Part shown: positions 8,519 through 18,703 of the stretch, in pieces
How positions within the stretch are numbered: position 1 is the first letter of the stretch
Layout of the letters: each line of letters opens with the position of its first letter
DNA from: an uncultured virus (IMG/VR IMGVR_UViG_3300027278_000424)
Taxonomy: Duplodnaviria > Heunggongvirae > Uroviricota > Caudoviricetes
Length of the DNA: 64,000 nucleotides
Direction: 5' to 3' (one strand)
IMG/VR virus record: IMGVR_UViG_3300027278_000424
The notes under the pieces: model-generated
What the model saw: the letters and a program-made list of their open reading frames with translations, nothing else
What the model was told of the DNA's origin: nothing
Database searches by the model: none
Program-made: the position numbers and the translations under genes

Positions 8519-10579
8519 ATGGCATTAATACAGTGGAAACAGATAAATCCTGAACTTTTAGGAAATGGCCGACTTACAGGTTCACTAGAAGTATCAGGAT
8601 CCATAATACTTAACGGAGTAAACCTTTCAGCAGCACAAGGAGGCGGTGGAGGAGTACTTCCTAGTGGAGTAGTATCTGGTTCCAAACAAATAGAAGCACA
8701 AGGATTTGCTTATAGCTCTTCAGTTGATGCTTTACAAGCTTCTATTACTTCTTTAATACTAAGTAGCTCTACTTATTTAACAAGTATAAGCGGATCAAAT
8801 ATACAAGATCTTGCTAATGTAGACATAACTAATATAGTTAACGGTCAAATACTTGCTTATAATTCTCAAACAGGTTTATTTGAACCAACCTCTGCCGGTC
8901 AAGGAGATATTACAGCAGTATATTCTGGAGTTGGACTAAATGGAGGAGGAACCTCAGGAGTAGTAGCTTTAGAAGTTACACCCGGTAATGGAATTATTGC
9001 AAATAATCAAGGAGTACATTTAGATACAGGATCTGCACACTTTATAGCAGGGGTTAACACCCATATTAACATTTTATCAGCATCTATTGCTACACAGCTA
9101 TCAAATATAATTCATACAGATATTTCTGCATTAGACCTATTTACTAGTTCAGCAGATGTAAGAATATCTTCATTAGAAACTTTTTCTGCATCATTAGATA
9201 CATCTTTTGTAACAGAAGTAGAATTAAAATTAGCAACAGCATCATTATCATCCTCTACAGCACAAGCTAACCTAGATTTATCTGGATCTGCACATATTCA
9301 AAGATTAGCACTAAGTAGTTCATTAAAGGACTATACAGATGCTAAATTTGCATCATTAGTAGATGGAGCACCAGAATTACTAGATACATTAAATGAATTA
9401 GCAGCAGCAATTGGAGATGATCAAAATATTTCTTCATCGTTAGTTACTTCTATAGCAGATAAAGCTAGTAATGCAGAACTATCCAACGTTTCTGCTTCTT
9501 TAGCAGCAACAATAAGCTCCATACCTAAAGGTATTGACTATGTTTCTGGATCGAATACTACATTACTTTCACAAATAGAGGTATTAGATTACGATAATAA
9601 CGTAGCAACAGTTTTTCAAGATGGAAAACTTAAATTTATATTTGGAGAACCAGCTTTACCTACGTCTTTAAATGCAAGTATAGGTGGATTTAGTACTGAT
9701 AGATTTAATAAGCAATTAGATAGCTATTCGGTTAACGCTTCTTGGAGTAACGGAGGGTATACGCTCATTTCTGCTTCATTATATGAAGGTTCTACATTAC
9801 TTACTAAGGTAGGGACAGGAACATCTCTTAGCTTTGATCAAAACACAAGCGGATCACATTCATATACCTTATACTATACAGCAAGTTCACCATTAGACGG
9901 AAATATACATACCAACACAGATTATATTTCTGGAAACTTAAGTAAATCACAACCTACTTCTCCTTCTATTAGTTCAACCGCTACAGTAGAGTTAGGAGCT
10001 AGTTCAAATCAGATAGAACAAGGTGCAGTAGGAAATATATCTTTTACATCAGCGTATGGAAGTGCAAACGGATGGACAGAAGTATCATTAGTAGATACTC
10101 CAAACACCTCTCCATTTACAGTATCAAGAGATTCTTCCTTAGAAACAATAACAACAGTAGCCAACTATGAATCTCCAATAGGTTCAAATGATCCACAAAT
10201 CACTACGTCAAGAACTACTAGTACAAACTACAGTAAAATAAGAAGTCTTCGTTTTGGAGCTTCGGCTGCAGTTAGTTTCACACAAGCTGAATTAGAAACC
10301 CTATCAAACTGGGATACTACTTTAGGAGGAGGAATTGGTACTATCAATAAAGGTACAACTAACCCAAATGGACAAAGTGTAACTATTGTCTGGAGTGGTG
10401 ATAAGTACCATTATATAGTTTTTGACAGTTCAAGAAGTAACCTTAGTAACATAACCACAAGTGGGTTTGGAGTATTAGGTTCGTTCTCAGTTACAACAGT
10501 CGGAGATTATAAAATTTATAAGTCTAACACTTTACAAGCTGGAGGAGCTAGTAGCAGTATAACTTATAACTTAACTTAG
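8519..10579 (+). CDS. Fibre/structural protein
   Basis: S/T/G-rich; GDITAV..G.GL.GGGTSG motif; fibre motif GAPELLDTLNELAAAIGDD; beta-rich C-terminal half. Confidence 0.7.
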   Translation: MALIQWKQINPELLGNGRLTGSLEVSGSIILNGVNLSAAQGGGGGVLPSGVVSGSKQIEAQGFAYSSSVDALQASITSLILSSSTYLTSISGSNIQDLANVDITNIVNGQILAYNSQTGLFEPTSAGQGDITAVYSGVGLNGGGTSGVVALEVTPGNGIIANNQGVHLDTGSAHFIAGVNTHINILSASIATQLSNIIHTDISALDLFTSSADVRISSLETFSASLDTSFVTEVELKLATASLSSSTAQANLDLSGSAHIQRLALSSSLKDYTDAKFASLVDGAPELLDTLNELAAAIGDDQNISSSLVTSIADKASNAELSNVSASLAATISSIPKGIDYVSGSNTTLLSQIEVLDYDNNVATVFQDGKLKFIFGEPALPTSLNASIGGFSTDRFNKQLDSYSVNASWSNGGYTLISASLYEGSTLLTKVGTGTSLSFDQNTSGSHSYTLYYTASSPLDGNIHTNTDYISGNLSKSQPTSPSISSTATVELGASSNQIEQGAVGNISFTSAYGSANGWTEVSLVDTPNTSPFTVSRDSSLETITTVANYESPIGSNDPQITTSRTTSTNYSKIRSLRFGASAAVSFTQAELETLSNWDTTLGGGIGTINKGTTNPNGQSVTIVWSGDKYHYIVFDSSRSNLSNITTSGFGVLGSFSVTTVGDYKIYKSNTLQAGGASSSITYNLT

Positions 10580-10586
10580 AGCATAT

Positions 10587-11171
10587 ATGGCAATTATAAT
10601 ACCTGGTGGATTTAACATAACTAACAACGATCCTGTTGATGCAAGGATAACCGTTGCGGATCAAACTGCACGTTTATCATTCTCAATAGCGAACGTATAT
10701 GAAGGTTTAGTTGTATTCCAGAGAGATACAAACCAGTTATATGTATTAACCGATTCTCTTAACCCTGGAGACAATATTAGCTGGGCATTAATCTCTGCAG
10801 CACAAGAAGGAGCAGCTCTAGCAGGTATAGCAGCAGGAAACGGATTGACAGGAGGTGGATCTTCTGGAAATGTTAACGTATCATTAGATACAGGTTCAAA
10901 CCATTTTATCACAGGAGTAATAGATCTTAACATATTTCAGGATATGGGATCGTATTACTCAACTACAAATGAATTACAAGTCACAGGATCTTTAACTCTA
11001 AGGAAAGATGAATCTGGAGACGCTTTATCCATATATAATGGAGATACAAAAACGTTTGGAATATCAAACGAAGGTATCATATTAATGGCTACACAGTCTG
11101 CCACACCGACTGTACAAAAAGGAGGGATGTACTTAGATGAGAATTACAACCTTTTTATAGGTCAGGAATAA
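10587..11171 (+). CDS. Fibre-associated structural protein
   Basis: PVDAR...YEGLVVF...LYVL N-terminal domain; AGNGLTGGGSSGNV..LDTGS.HF shared with the upstream protein. Confidence 0.6.
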   Translation: MAIIIPGGFNITNNDPVDARITVADQTARLSFSIANVYEGLVVFQRDTNQLYVLTDSLNPGDNISWALISAAQEGAALAGIAAGNGLTGGGSSGNVNVSLDTGSNHFITGVIDLNIFQDMGSYYSTTNELQVTGSLTLRKDESGDALSIYNGDTKTFGISNEGIILMATQSATPTVQKGGMYLDENYNLFIGQE

Positions 11172-11220
11172 CATTTTAACTATATTTATTAATAAGCATT
11201 AACTTAAAAACTCGAATAAC

Positions 11221-14200
11221 ATGCCAACATGGAAGAAGGTCGTCGTTTCAGGTAGTGGGGTCTCCCAACTAGCTAATGACGCAAATTATTTAATTGACGC
11301 ACAGACTGGTGCGATCCTTACAGGTTCCTTTACTGGTTCCTTTACAGGGGACGGTTCAGGTCTTACCGGCATCGCTTCTACTCTTGCTTTCAGCGGAGAT
11401 TCAGGAACCGATACGTTAAACCTAAAAACAGAAACATTAACCATTGATGGTGCATCTGGAATTGCAACCTCAGTAACCGATAATAAGATTACTATCGATG
11501 CTGCAGGTTTATCTGGATCAGCTCACACTCAACGTAAGGCAATTGAATCTAGCCTATCTTCTGATATTTCAGCTGAAGAAACTAGAGCTTTAGCAGCGGA
11601 AGGTGTACTTCAAGGTAATATTGATTCTGAAGCATCTGCAAGATCTGCAGCAGATTTAACCTTACAAGGAAATATCGATGCAGAAGCTTCTTCTAGAGCA
11701 GCAGCAGATACTACCTTACAAGGTAACATTGATTCTGAAGCATCAGCTAGAGAAGCAGCAGATTTAACCTTACAAGGTAACATTAACAGCGAAGCTTCTA
11801 CAAGAGCTACAGCAGATACTGCATTACAAAACAGTATAAACAGTTTATCTGGATCTTCTGCAGCAGCCTTAGCTTCTAAAGGAACTGCATTACAATCTAG
11901 TATTGATTCTGAAGCATCTGCAAGATCAGCAGCTGATACGACATTACAGTCTAATATCGACGCTGAAGCATCTGCTAGAACTTCTGCAGACTCTGTATTA
12001 CAGAGCAACATTACTAGTTTATCTGGTTCTGCTCATACAGCTAACGCTAACTTAAAATCTGATTTAACTTCTGCTTACACAGCAGCTGATTCTGCTTTAT
12101 CTGCATCTGCAGCAGCAGCGTTAGCCGGAGTAGCAGCAGCTCAATCTTCTGCATACATTGCAGCTGATACAGCATTAAGTTCTTCAGCACACACACAACG
12201 TTTAGCAATCGAATCTTCTTTAGATGGTAAAATTACTACTGAGAAAGAAAGAGTTGACGCTATCTTATTAGCATCTGACGCTGACAAAGATTCATTTGCT
12301 GAAATTGTATCGTTAATTAACTCAGTAGATACAGCTAACGATACAGCATTTGCAGGATTCGTTACTTCATCTAATGCAAGAGCAACAGCAATTGAAGGAA
12401 GCGTAACAGCTTTATCTTCTTCAGCAGCAGTAGCTAACGGTAACCTATCATCTGATTTAACAGCAGCTTTCCAAGCAGCAGACTCTACATTACAGGGTAA
12501 CATCAATACTGAAGCATCTTCTAGAGCAGCAGCTGATACAGTATTACAAGGTAACATTGATTCTGAAGCATCTGCAAGATCTGCAGCAGACAGTGCATTA
12601 TCTTCTTCAGCAGCTCAAGCATTAGCAGACGCAGTAGCAGCACAATCTTCTGCATACATTGCAGCTGATTCTGCTTTATCATCTTCAGCTCACGTACAGA
12701 GAGAAGCTATCAAATCTGGATTATCTTCTGATATCTCTTCTGAAGCATCTGCTAGAACATCTGCAGATTTAACTTTACAAGGTAATATCGATAGTGAAGC
12801 AGCTACAAGAGCAACTGCTGATACAACCTTACAAGGTAATATCGATAGTGAAGCAGCTACAAGATTAGCTAATGATAATATACTACAAGGTAATATAGAC
12901 GCAGAGGCTACTTCAAGAGCAGCAGCTGATTCAACATTACAATCTAACATCAACAGTTTATCTGGATCTTCAGCAGCAGCTTTAGCTTCTAAAGGATCTG
13001 CTTTAACTTCTGCTTTCCAAGCAGCTGATTCAGCACTATCTTCTTCAGCAGCAGTAGCTAACGCTAACTTAAAATCAGATTTAACTTCTGACTTCCAAGC
13101 AGCTGATTCAGCATTAAGTTCTTCTGTAGCCTCTGCATTAGCAGCAGCAGTAGCAGCTCAATCAACAGCTTATATTGCAGCAGACAATGCATTAAGTTCA
13201 TCAGCTCACTCTCAAAGACTTGCTATTGAATCATCTTTAGATGGTAAAATAACAACTGAGAAGGATAGAGTAGATGCAATCTTATTAGCTTCAGACGCTG
13301 ATAAAGATTCATTTGCAGAGATTGTTAGTTTAATTAACAGTGTAGATACAGCTAACGACCAGGCATTTGCTGGATTTGTTACTTCTTCTAACGCTAGAGC
13401 AACAAATATCGAAGCTAGTGTAGTTTCTTTATCTGGTTCAGCTCATACAGCTAACGCTAACCTAAAATCAGATGTAACTTCTGCTTTCCAAGCAGCTGAT
13501 GCAACTTTACAATCAGCAATTAATAGCTTATCCGGTTCTTCAGCTACAGCTTTAGCATCTAAAGGGTCTGCTTTAACTTCTGCATACCAAGCAGCTGATA
13601 GTGCATTATCTTCTTCTGCAGCACAAGCATTAGCAGACGCAGTAGCAGCACAATCTTCTGCCTACATTGCAGCTGATTCAGCATTAAGTTCTTCTGCACA
13701 TACTCAGAGATTAGCTATCGAATCAGGATTATCTTCTGATATTTCTTCTGAAGCTTCTACAAGAGCAGCAGCAGATGTAGCTTTACAAGGTAATATTGAT
13801 TCTGAAGCAGCTACAAGATTAGCTAATGACAATACATTACAATCTAACATTGACGCTGAAGCATCTTCTAGAGCTACTGCAGATACTACATTACAATCAA
13901 ATATAGACGCTGAGGCTTCTGCTAGAACTTCTGCAGATTCCACTTTACAGTCTAACATTGATTCTGAAGCATCAGCAAGAGCAGCAGCAGATACTGTACT
14001 TCAAGGAAACATTGACAGTGAAGCAGCTACAAGATTGGCTAATGACAATACATTACAATCTAACATTACTTCATTATCTGGTTCTTCAGCAACAGCTTTA
14101 GCATCAGCTAAGTCAACTATCGAATCAGGATATGCAGCAGCAGATACAGCGTTATCTAGCTCAGTAGCTTCTGCTTTAGCATCTAAAGGATCTGCTTTAA

Positions 14201-17145
14201 CTTCTGCTTTCCAAGCAGCTGATTCAGCACTATCTTCTTCAACAGCTCAAGCATTAGCAGATGCAGTAGCAGCACAATCTTCTGCATATATCGCAGCTGA
14301 TTCTGCTTTATCATCTTCAGCTCATTCTCAAAGAGTAGCAATTGAAACTTCTTTAGACGGAAAAATTGGAACTGAAAAAGGAAGAATCGATGCTATCTTA
14401 TCAGCTTCTACAGCAGATGCAGATACCTTCGCAGAGATTGTATCTTTAATTAACAGCGTAGATACTACTAATGATCAAGCATTTGCTAGCTATGTACTTT
14501 CTAACGATAGTAGATCAACAACTATTGAAGGAAGCGTATCAGCTTTATCTTCTTCAGCAGCAGTCGCTAATGATAACTTGAAATCAGATGTAACTTCTGC
14601 TTACCAAGCAGCTGATTCTGTTCTACAAGGAAATATTTCATCTGAAGCTACAGCTAGAGCAGCAGCAGATACAACTTTACAAGGTAACATTGATGCTGAG
14701 GCAGCTACAAGATCTGCAGCAGATACAACTTTACAAGGTAATATCGATGCTGAAGCAACAGCTAGAGCAGCAGCAGATACAGCATTAACTTCTGCTTACC
14801 AAGCAGCAGATGCTTCAATCTCAGCTTCTTTTGCAAGTACTATTGCTAACTTAACTAATGACTATACTGAATTAATTAACATACCAGCAGGTATCGTTTC
14901 TGGATCAGAACAGCAATTAGCTAACTTAGTAGGTCAAGATGTAGTAGCAAATTCATTTGCTGGAGACGGTTCACAGTTAACCAACATTACAATAGACCAA
15001 GCTGCAACAGTAGCTTCTACCTTCTCTAATGTTATATCTACAGTAGTAACTCATAACTTTAACAGTAAGAACGTTACCGTTACAGTATACGACGACAGTG
15101 ATAGAATGATTATCCCAGCGTCAATTACTTTATCAAGCGACAATCAAGTTACTGTTGAGTTTGGAGAAAACACTTCAGGTAGAGTAGTAGTAGGAAAAGG
15201 TGGTCACGTAGTATCTGGTTCAATTGAATTTAACAACGTACTAGGCTTAACAGCATTCAGCTCTTCAGTTGATGCAAGAATAGATGCATTAGACGGTACA
15301 TTCGCAACAGATGCAGATGTAGCAGCTCTATCTTCTTCAGCAGCAGCAGCCAATGCTTCATTAGAATCTAGCTTATCCGCAGATATCTCTGCAGAGGAAA
15401 CTAGAGCTTTAGCAGCAGAAGGTGTACTTCAAGGTAATATCGATAGTGAAGCTTCTACAAGAGCTACTGCAGATACTACTTTACAGTCTAACATTGATTC
15501 TGAAGCAACAGCTAGAGCAGCAGCAGATACTGTACTTCAAGGAAATATTGATTCTGAAGCAACAGCTAGAGCAGCAGCTGATACAGCGTTATCTAGCTCA
15601 TTAGCAGTTTCTATTGCAGCTGAGAAAGCTAGAATGGATGCAGTATTATTAGCAGCAGATGCTGATAAAGATTCATTTGCAGAAATTGTATCATTAATAA
15701 ACTCTGTAGATACAGCTAACGATCAAGCATTTGCTGGATATGTAACTTCTTCTAATGCTCGTCAAACAGCAATTGAATCAAGTGTAGCAGCTTTATCTGG
15801 ATCTTCTGCCACAGCTTTAGCATCAGCTAAATCAACAATCGAGTCTGGATACGCAGCAGCTGACTTAGCATTAAGCTCTTCAGCACATACTGCTAGAGAA
15901 GCTCTAAAAGCAGCACAATCTTCTGCATACATTGCAGCAGATTCAGCTTTAGAAACTAGTCTACAAGGAGAAATTTCTTCACTATCTGGATCTTCTGCTA
16001 CAGCTTTAGCATCAGCTAAATCAACAATCGAGTCTGGATACGCAGCAGCTGACTTAGCATTAAGCTCTTCAGTAGCAGCATCAATTGCAGCTGAGAAAGC
16101 TAGAATGGATGCAGTACTATTAGCAGCAGATGCTGATAAAGATTCATTTGCAGAAATTGTTAGTTTAATTAACAGTGTTGATACAGAAAACGATGATGCA
16201 TTAGCAGGATATGTACTTTCTAATAACACTAGATCTACAAATATTGAATCAAGCGTAACAGCTTTATCTGGATCTTCAGCAGCAGCTTTAGCCGGTGTGA
16301 AACTAGGAGTAGAAGGAGAAGTTTCTTCACTATCTGGATCTTCAGCAGCAGCTTTAGCATCAGCTAAATCAGAATTAGCATCAGATATTTCTGCAGAAGA
16401 AACTAGAGCTTTAGCAGCAGAAGGTGTACTACAAGGTAATATTGACAGCGAAGCTTCTACAAGAGTTACTGCAGATACTACTTTACAATCTAACATTGAT
16501 TCTGAAGAGGCAGCTAGAATTGCAGCAGATGTAGTTTTACAAGGTAATATTGATTCTGAAGAGGCAGCTAGAATTGCAGCAGATAACGCATTAAGTTCTT
16601 CTATTGCAACTACAATCTCTAACTTAAGTTCTACAATCTCAATCTCTGGTTCAACTGGAGCAGCAGATGTAAACTTAGTGACAGATGATTTATCAATTGT
16701 AGGTGTAGCTGGTCAAACAGAAACTACAGTATCAGGAACTACAGTATCAGTTGGATTTGTAACTAACCCAACAGTATCTGGTAACTTAACAGTAACTGGA
16801 GACTTAACTGTAACAGGAAATACTTTTGAAGCTCAAGTAACTAACTTGAACGTTGAGGATAGATTTATCTTACTTAACTCAGGTAGTAACTCAGGAGATG
16901 CAGGTATTATCTTTGGAGGATCAAACGGATCAGCAAACATTGGTTCAGGTATCTTCTTTGATAACCCAGCAGGAGTATTTGGATTTGCACAAGGAATTGG
17001 CGCAGCAGACACATCAGCGACTCACCAATCTAAAATTGGTAACATCGAAGTATCTGCTTCAGCACCAGCAGCAGCTCCAACATTCCAAGGTTCGGGTACT
17101 ATTCACGTAGATTCTTCAACAGGAGAATTATACATCTATAGTTAA
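11221..17145 (+). CDS. Giant repetitive coiled-coil fibre protein (1974 aa)
   Basis: Many 18-aa LQGNIDSEASARAAADTT repeats, five D[KA]D[ST]FAEIVSLINSVDT modules, C-terminal TNLNVEDRFILLNSG domain. Confidence 0.8.
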   Translation: MPTWKKVVVSGSGVSQLANDANYLIDAQTGAILTGSFTGSFTGDGSGLTGIASTLAFSGDSGTDTLNLKTETLTIDGASGIATSVTDNKITIDAAGLSGSAHTQRKAIESSLSSDISAEETRALAAEGVLQGNIDSEASARSAADLTLQGNIDAEASSRAAADTTLQGNIDSEASAREAADLTLQGNINSEASTRATADTALQNSINSLSGSSAAALASKGTALQSSIDSEASARSAADTTLQSNIDAEASARTSADSVLQSNITSLSGSAHTANANLKSDLTSAYTAADSALSASAAAALAGVAAAQSSAYIAADTALSSSAHTQRLAIESSLDGKITTEKERVDAILLASDADKDSFAEIVSLINSVDTANDTAFAGFVTSSNARATAIEGSVTALSSSAAVANGNLSSDLTAAFQAADSTLQGNINTEASSRAAADTVLQGNIDSEASARSAADSALSSSAAQALADAVAAQSSAYIAADSALSSSAHVQREAIKSGLSSDISSEASARTSADLTLQGNIDSEAATRATADTTLQGNIDSEAATRLANDNILQGNIDAEATSRAAADSTLQSNINSLSGSSAAALASKGSALTSAFQAADSALSSSAAVANANLKSDLTSDFQAADSALSSSVASALAAAVAAQSTAYIAADNALSSSAHSQRLAIESSLDGKITTEKDRVDAILLASDADKDSFAEIVSLINSVDTANDQAFAGFVTSSNARATNIEASVVSLSGSAHTANANLKSDVTSAFQAADATLQSAINSLSGSSATALASKGSALTSAYQAADSALSSSAAQALADAVAAQSSAYIAADSALSSSAHTQRLAIESGLSSDISSEASTRAAADVALQGNIDSEAATRLANDNTLQSNIDAEASSRATADTTLQSNIDAEASARTSADSTLQSNIDSEASARAAADTVLQGNIDSEAATRLANDNTLQSNITSLSGSSATALASAKSTIESGYAAADTALSSSVASALASKGSALTSAFQAADSALSSSTAQALADAVAAQSSAYIAADSALSSSAHSQRVAIETSLDGKIGTEKGRIDAILSASTADADTFAEIVSLINSVDTTNDQAFASYVLSNDSRSTTIEGSVSALSSSAAVANDNLKSDVTSAYQAADSVLQGNISSEATARAAADTTLQGNIDAEAATRSAADTTLQGNIDAEATARAAADTALTSAYQAADASISASFASTIANLTNDYTELINIPAGIVSGSEQQLANLVGQDVVANSFAGDGSQLTNITIDQAATVASTFSNVISTVVTHNFNSKNVTVTVYDDSDRMIIPASITLSSDNQVTVEFGENTSGRVVVGKGGHVVSGSIEFNNVLGLTAFSSSVDARIDALDGTFATDADVAALSSSAAAANASLESSLSADISAEETRALAAEGVLQGNIDSEASTRATADTTLQSNIDSEATARAAADTVLQGNIDSEATARAAADTALSSSLAVSIAAEKARMDAVLLAADADKDSFAEIVSLINSVDTANDQAFAGYVTSSNARQTAIESSVAALSGSSATALASAKSTIESGYAAADLALSSSAHTAREALKAAQSSAYIAADSALETSLQGEISSLSGSSATALASAKSTIESGYAAADLALSSSVAASIAAEKARMDAVLLAADADKDSFAEIVSLINSVDTENDDALAGYVLSNNTRSTNIESSVTALSGSSAAALAGVKLGVEGEVSSLSGSSAAALASAKSELASDISAEETRALAAEGVLQGNIDSEASTRVTADTTLQSNIDSEEAARIAADVVLQGNIDSEEAARIAADNALSSSIATTISNLSSTISISGSTGAADVNLVTDDLSIVGVAGQTETTVSGTTVSVGFVTNPTVSGNLTVTGDLTVTGNTFEAQVTNLNVEDRFILLNSGSNSGDAGIIFGGSNGSANIGSGIFFDNPAGVFGFAQGIGAADTSATHQSKIGNIEVSASAPAAAPTFQGSGTIHVDSSTGELYIYS

Positions 17146-17157
17146 TAAGTTAATACA

Positions 17158-17361
17158 ATGCTAAAAAGGTTTTTTAAAATGGGAATAAATAGAACAGACA
17201 ATACCCCAAATAAGATTGATAATCCGGCCTCCATTAATGAAAAGGAGGCTGGGTTCATCATCGCTAAAATGAGACAAGCAACTTACCAAGGTACAGAGTT
17301 TGAAACATTCTACCAAGTTATTTCAAAACTACAAAAAATAGTTGAAAATAAATCAAAATAA
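17158..17361 (+). CDS. Small hypothetical protein, possible fibre chaperone (start may be the ATG at 17179)
   Basis: Short helical ORF immediately after the giant fibre and before a terminator. Confidence 0.6.
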   Translation: MLKRFFKMGINRTDNTPNKIDNPASINEKEAGFIIAKMRQATYQGTEFETFYQVISKLQKIVENKSK

Positions 17362-17365
17362 AATT

Positions 17366-17385
17366 AGGCCTTCGGGCCTTTTTTT
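17366..17385 (+). terminator. Intrinsic terminator
   Basis: AGGCC-TTCG-GGCCT followed by a T run; same core as the terminator at 3210. Confidence 0.9.
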
Positions 17386-17426
17386 ATTATCTTTTAATAA
17401 GAAGTCTAACTATTTATTGTAAAGAT

Positions 17427-17477
17427 ATTATAGGCCCGAAAGGGGAGTGGACTTAGCAATAAGTAGCCAACCGTAAT
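17427..17477 (+). ncRNA. Candidate structured 5' leader RNA (three-way junction)
   Basis: ATTAT.GG pairs with CCGTAAT and encloses CCC-GAAA-GGG and TGG-ACTTA-GCAA-TAAGT-AG-CCA; both loops are GNRA. Confidence 0.55.
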
Positions 17478-17485
17478 TTAAGTAT

Positions 17486-18640
17486 ATGCCAAACTGGAAA
17501 AAACTCATCGTAAGCGGTTCAGACGCTAATCTGAACTCGTTAACTGTAGAGACTTCGTTAAATGCCCAATCTATAACTGGGTCTTTAGAGTACTCTACAC
17601 TTATCAATATACCTGCCGGACTAATCTCTGGCTCTTCTCAAGTAGATATTACTCAAACTGAAGGATTTACAACATTATCTTCCTCTCTTTACACATCTAT
17701 AGATACTCAAAAAAGTAGAATAGATACAATCTTAGCAGCATCTGACGCAGATAAAGATTCATTTAAAGAAATTGTAGATCTAATCAACAGCGTAGATACA
17801 GAAAATGATACTGCATTCGGAACTTATGTAACGAATAACAACATAAGATCTACTCAAATAGAAAACAACCTTACAGACCTTTCCAGCTCAGTAAATACCC
17901 GAATAGATGATATCTCAACAGATTATAACGACTTAACAAATATACCTTCTGGTATAGTTTCGTCATCTACTCAAATAGCTAGTGATATAAGCGGATCTTT
18001 TGTTGCTGCTTCAAGTTCTATACATTTAGACATAAGTAACTTACAAGCTGAAACAATTAACTTAGATACAAGGTTAGATGTATTTGAAAACTCTAAATTA
18101 ATATCTTCTTCCGCACAAATTACTGGAGACTTAAACGTTTCTAATGTGACAGCTTCTTATTTTATAGGAGACGGTTCACAACTCACCAACGTACAAACAT
18201 CAGTAGTAGAGACATCTACAGTAGTAGATTCATTTAGTAATAAAACTACATTAACTGTACCTCATAATTTTAGTACAAAAAACGTAATTGTATCTGTATT
18301 CAATAGTACAGATGAAATGATTATACCTGCTTCTATAGTAACTATAGATTTGAATAATGTAAACATTACATTTAATTCTTCAACATCAGGAAGAGTTGTT
18401 ATTGCTAAAGGCGGACATATAGTATCAGGCTCAGTGGAACTGTATACGTATAAGGAAACCCTAACAGGTTCATCTACATATAGTATAAACCATAACTTGA
18501 ATGAAGATTTTCCTATAGTTCAGATATATGGTACAGATAAAAAACAAGTTATACCAGCAGAAATAACTTCGAGTAATAGTAATCAAGTTCAAATTGAATT
18601 TAACACTGTTTTTAATGGAACAGTGGTTGTAAAAAAATAA
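17486..18640 (+). CDS. Fibre paralog (short relative of the 1974-aa protein)
   Basis: MPNWKKLIVSGS versus MPTWKKVVVSGS; one DKDSF module; two HN(F/L)..VxV domains. Confidence 0.75.
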   Translation: MPNWKKLIVSGSDANLNSLTVETSLNAQSITGSLEYSTLINIPAGLISGSSQVDITQTEGFTTLSSSLYTSIDTQKSRIDTILAASDADKDSFKEIVDLINSVDTENDTAFGTYVTNNNIRSTQIENNLTDLSSSVNTRIDDISTDYNDLTNIPSGIVSSSTQIASDISGSFVAASSSIHLDISNLQAETINLDTRLDVFENSKLISSSAQITGDLNVSNVTASYFIGDGSQLTNVQTSVVETSTVVDSFSNKTTLTVPHNFSTKNVIVSVFNSTDEMIIPASIVTIDLNNVNITFNSSTSGRVVIAKGGHIVSGSVELYTYKETLTGSSTYSINHNLNEDFPIVQIYGTDKKQVIPAEITSSNSNQVQIEFNTVFNGTVVVKK

Positions 18641-18703
18641 AGGAAACCATAACATTAACATATTTATTAATAACACAGAAACAGTAAACAACCTATTTAA
18701 AAA

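Noticed and set aside
17224..17252. CCGGCCTCC/GGAGGCTGG inverted repeat
   Set aside because: Lies inside a plausible CDS, has a large loop and no U tract, and a clear terminator follows at 17366; no basis for a separate feature
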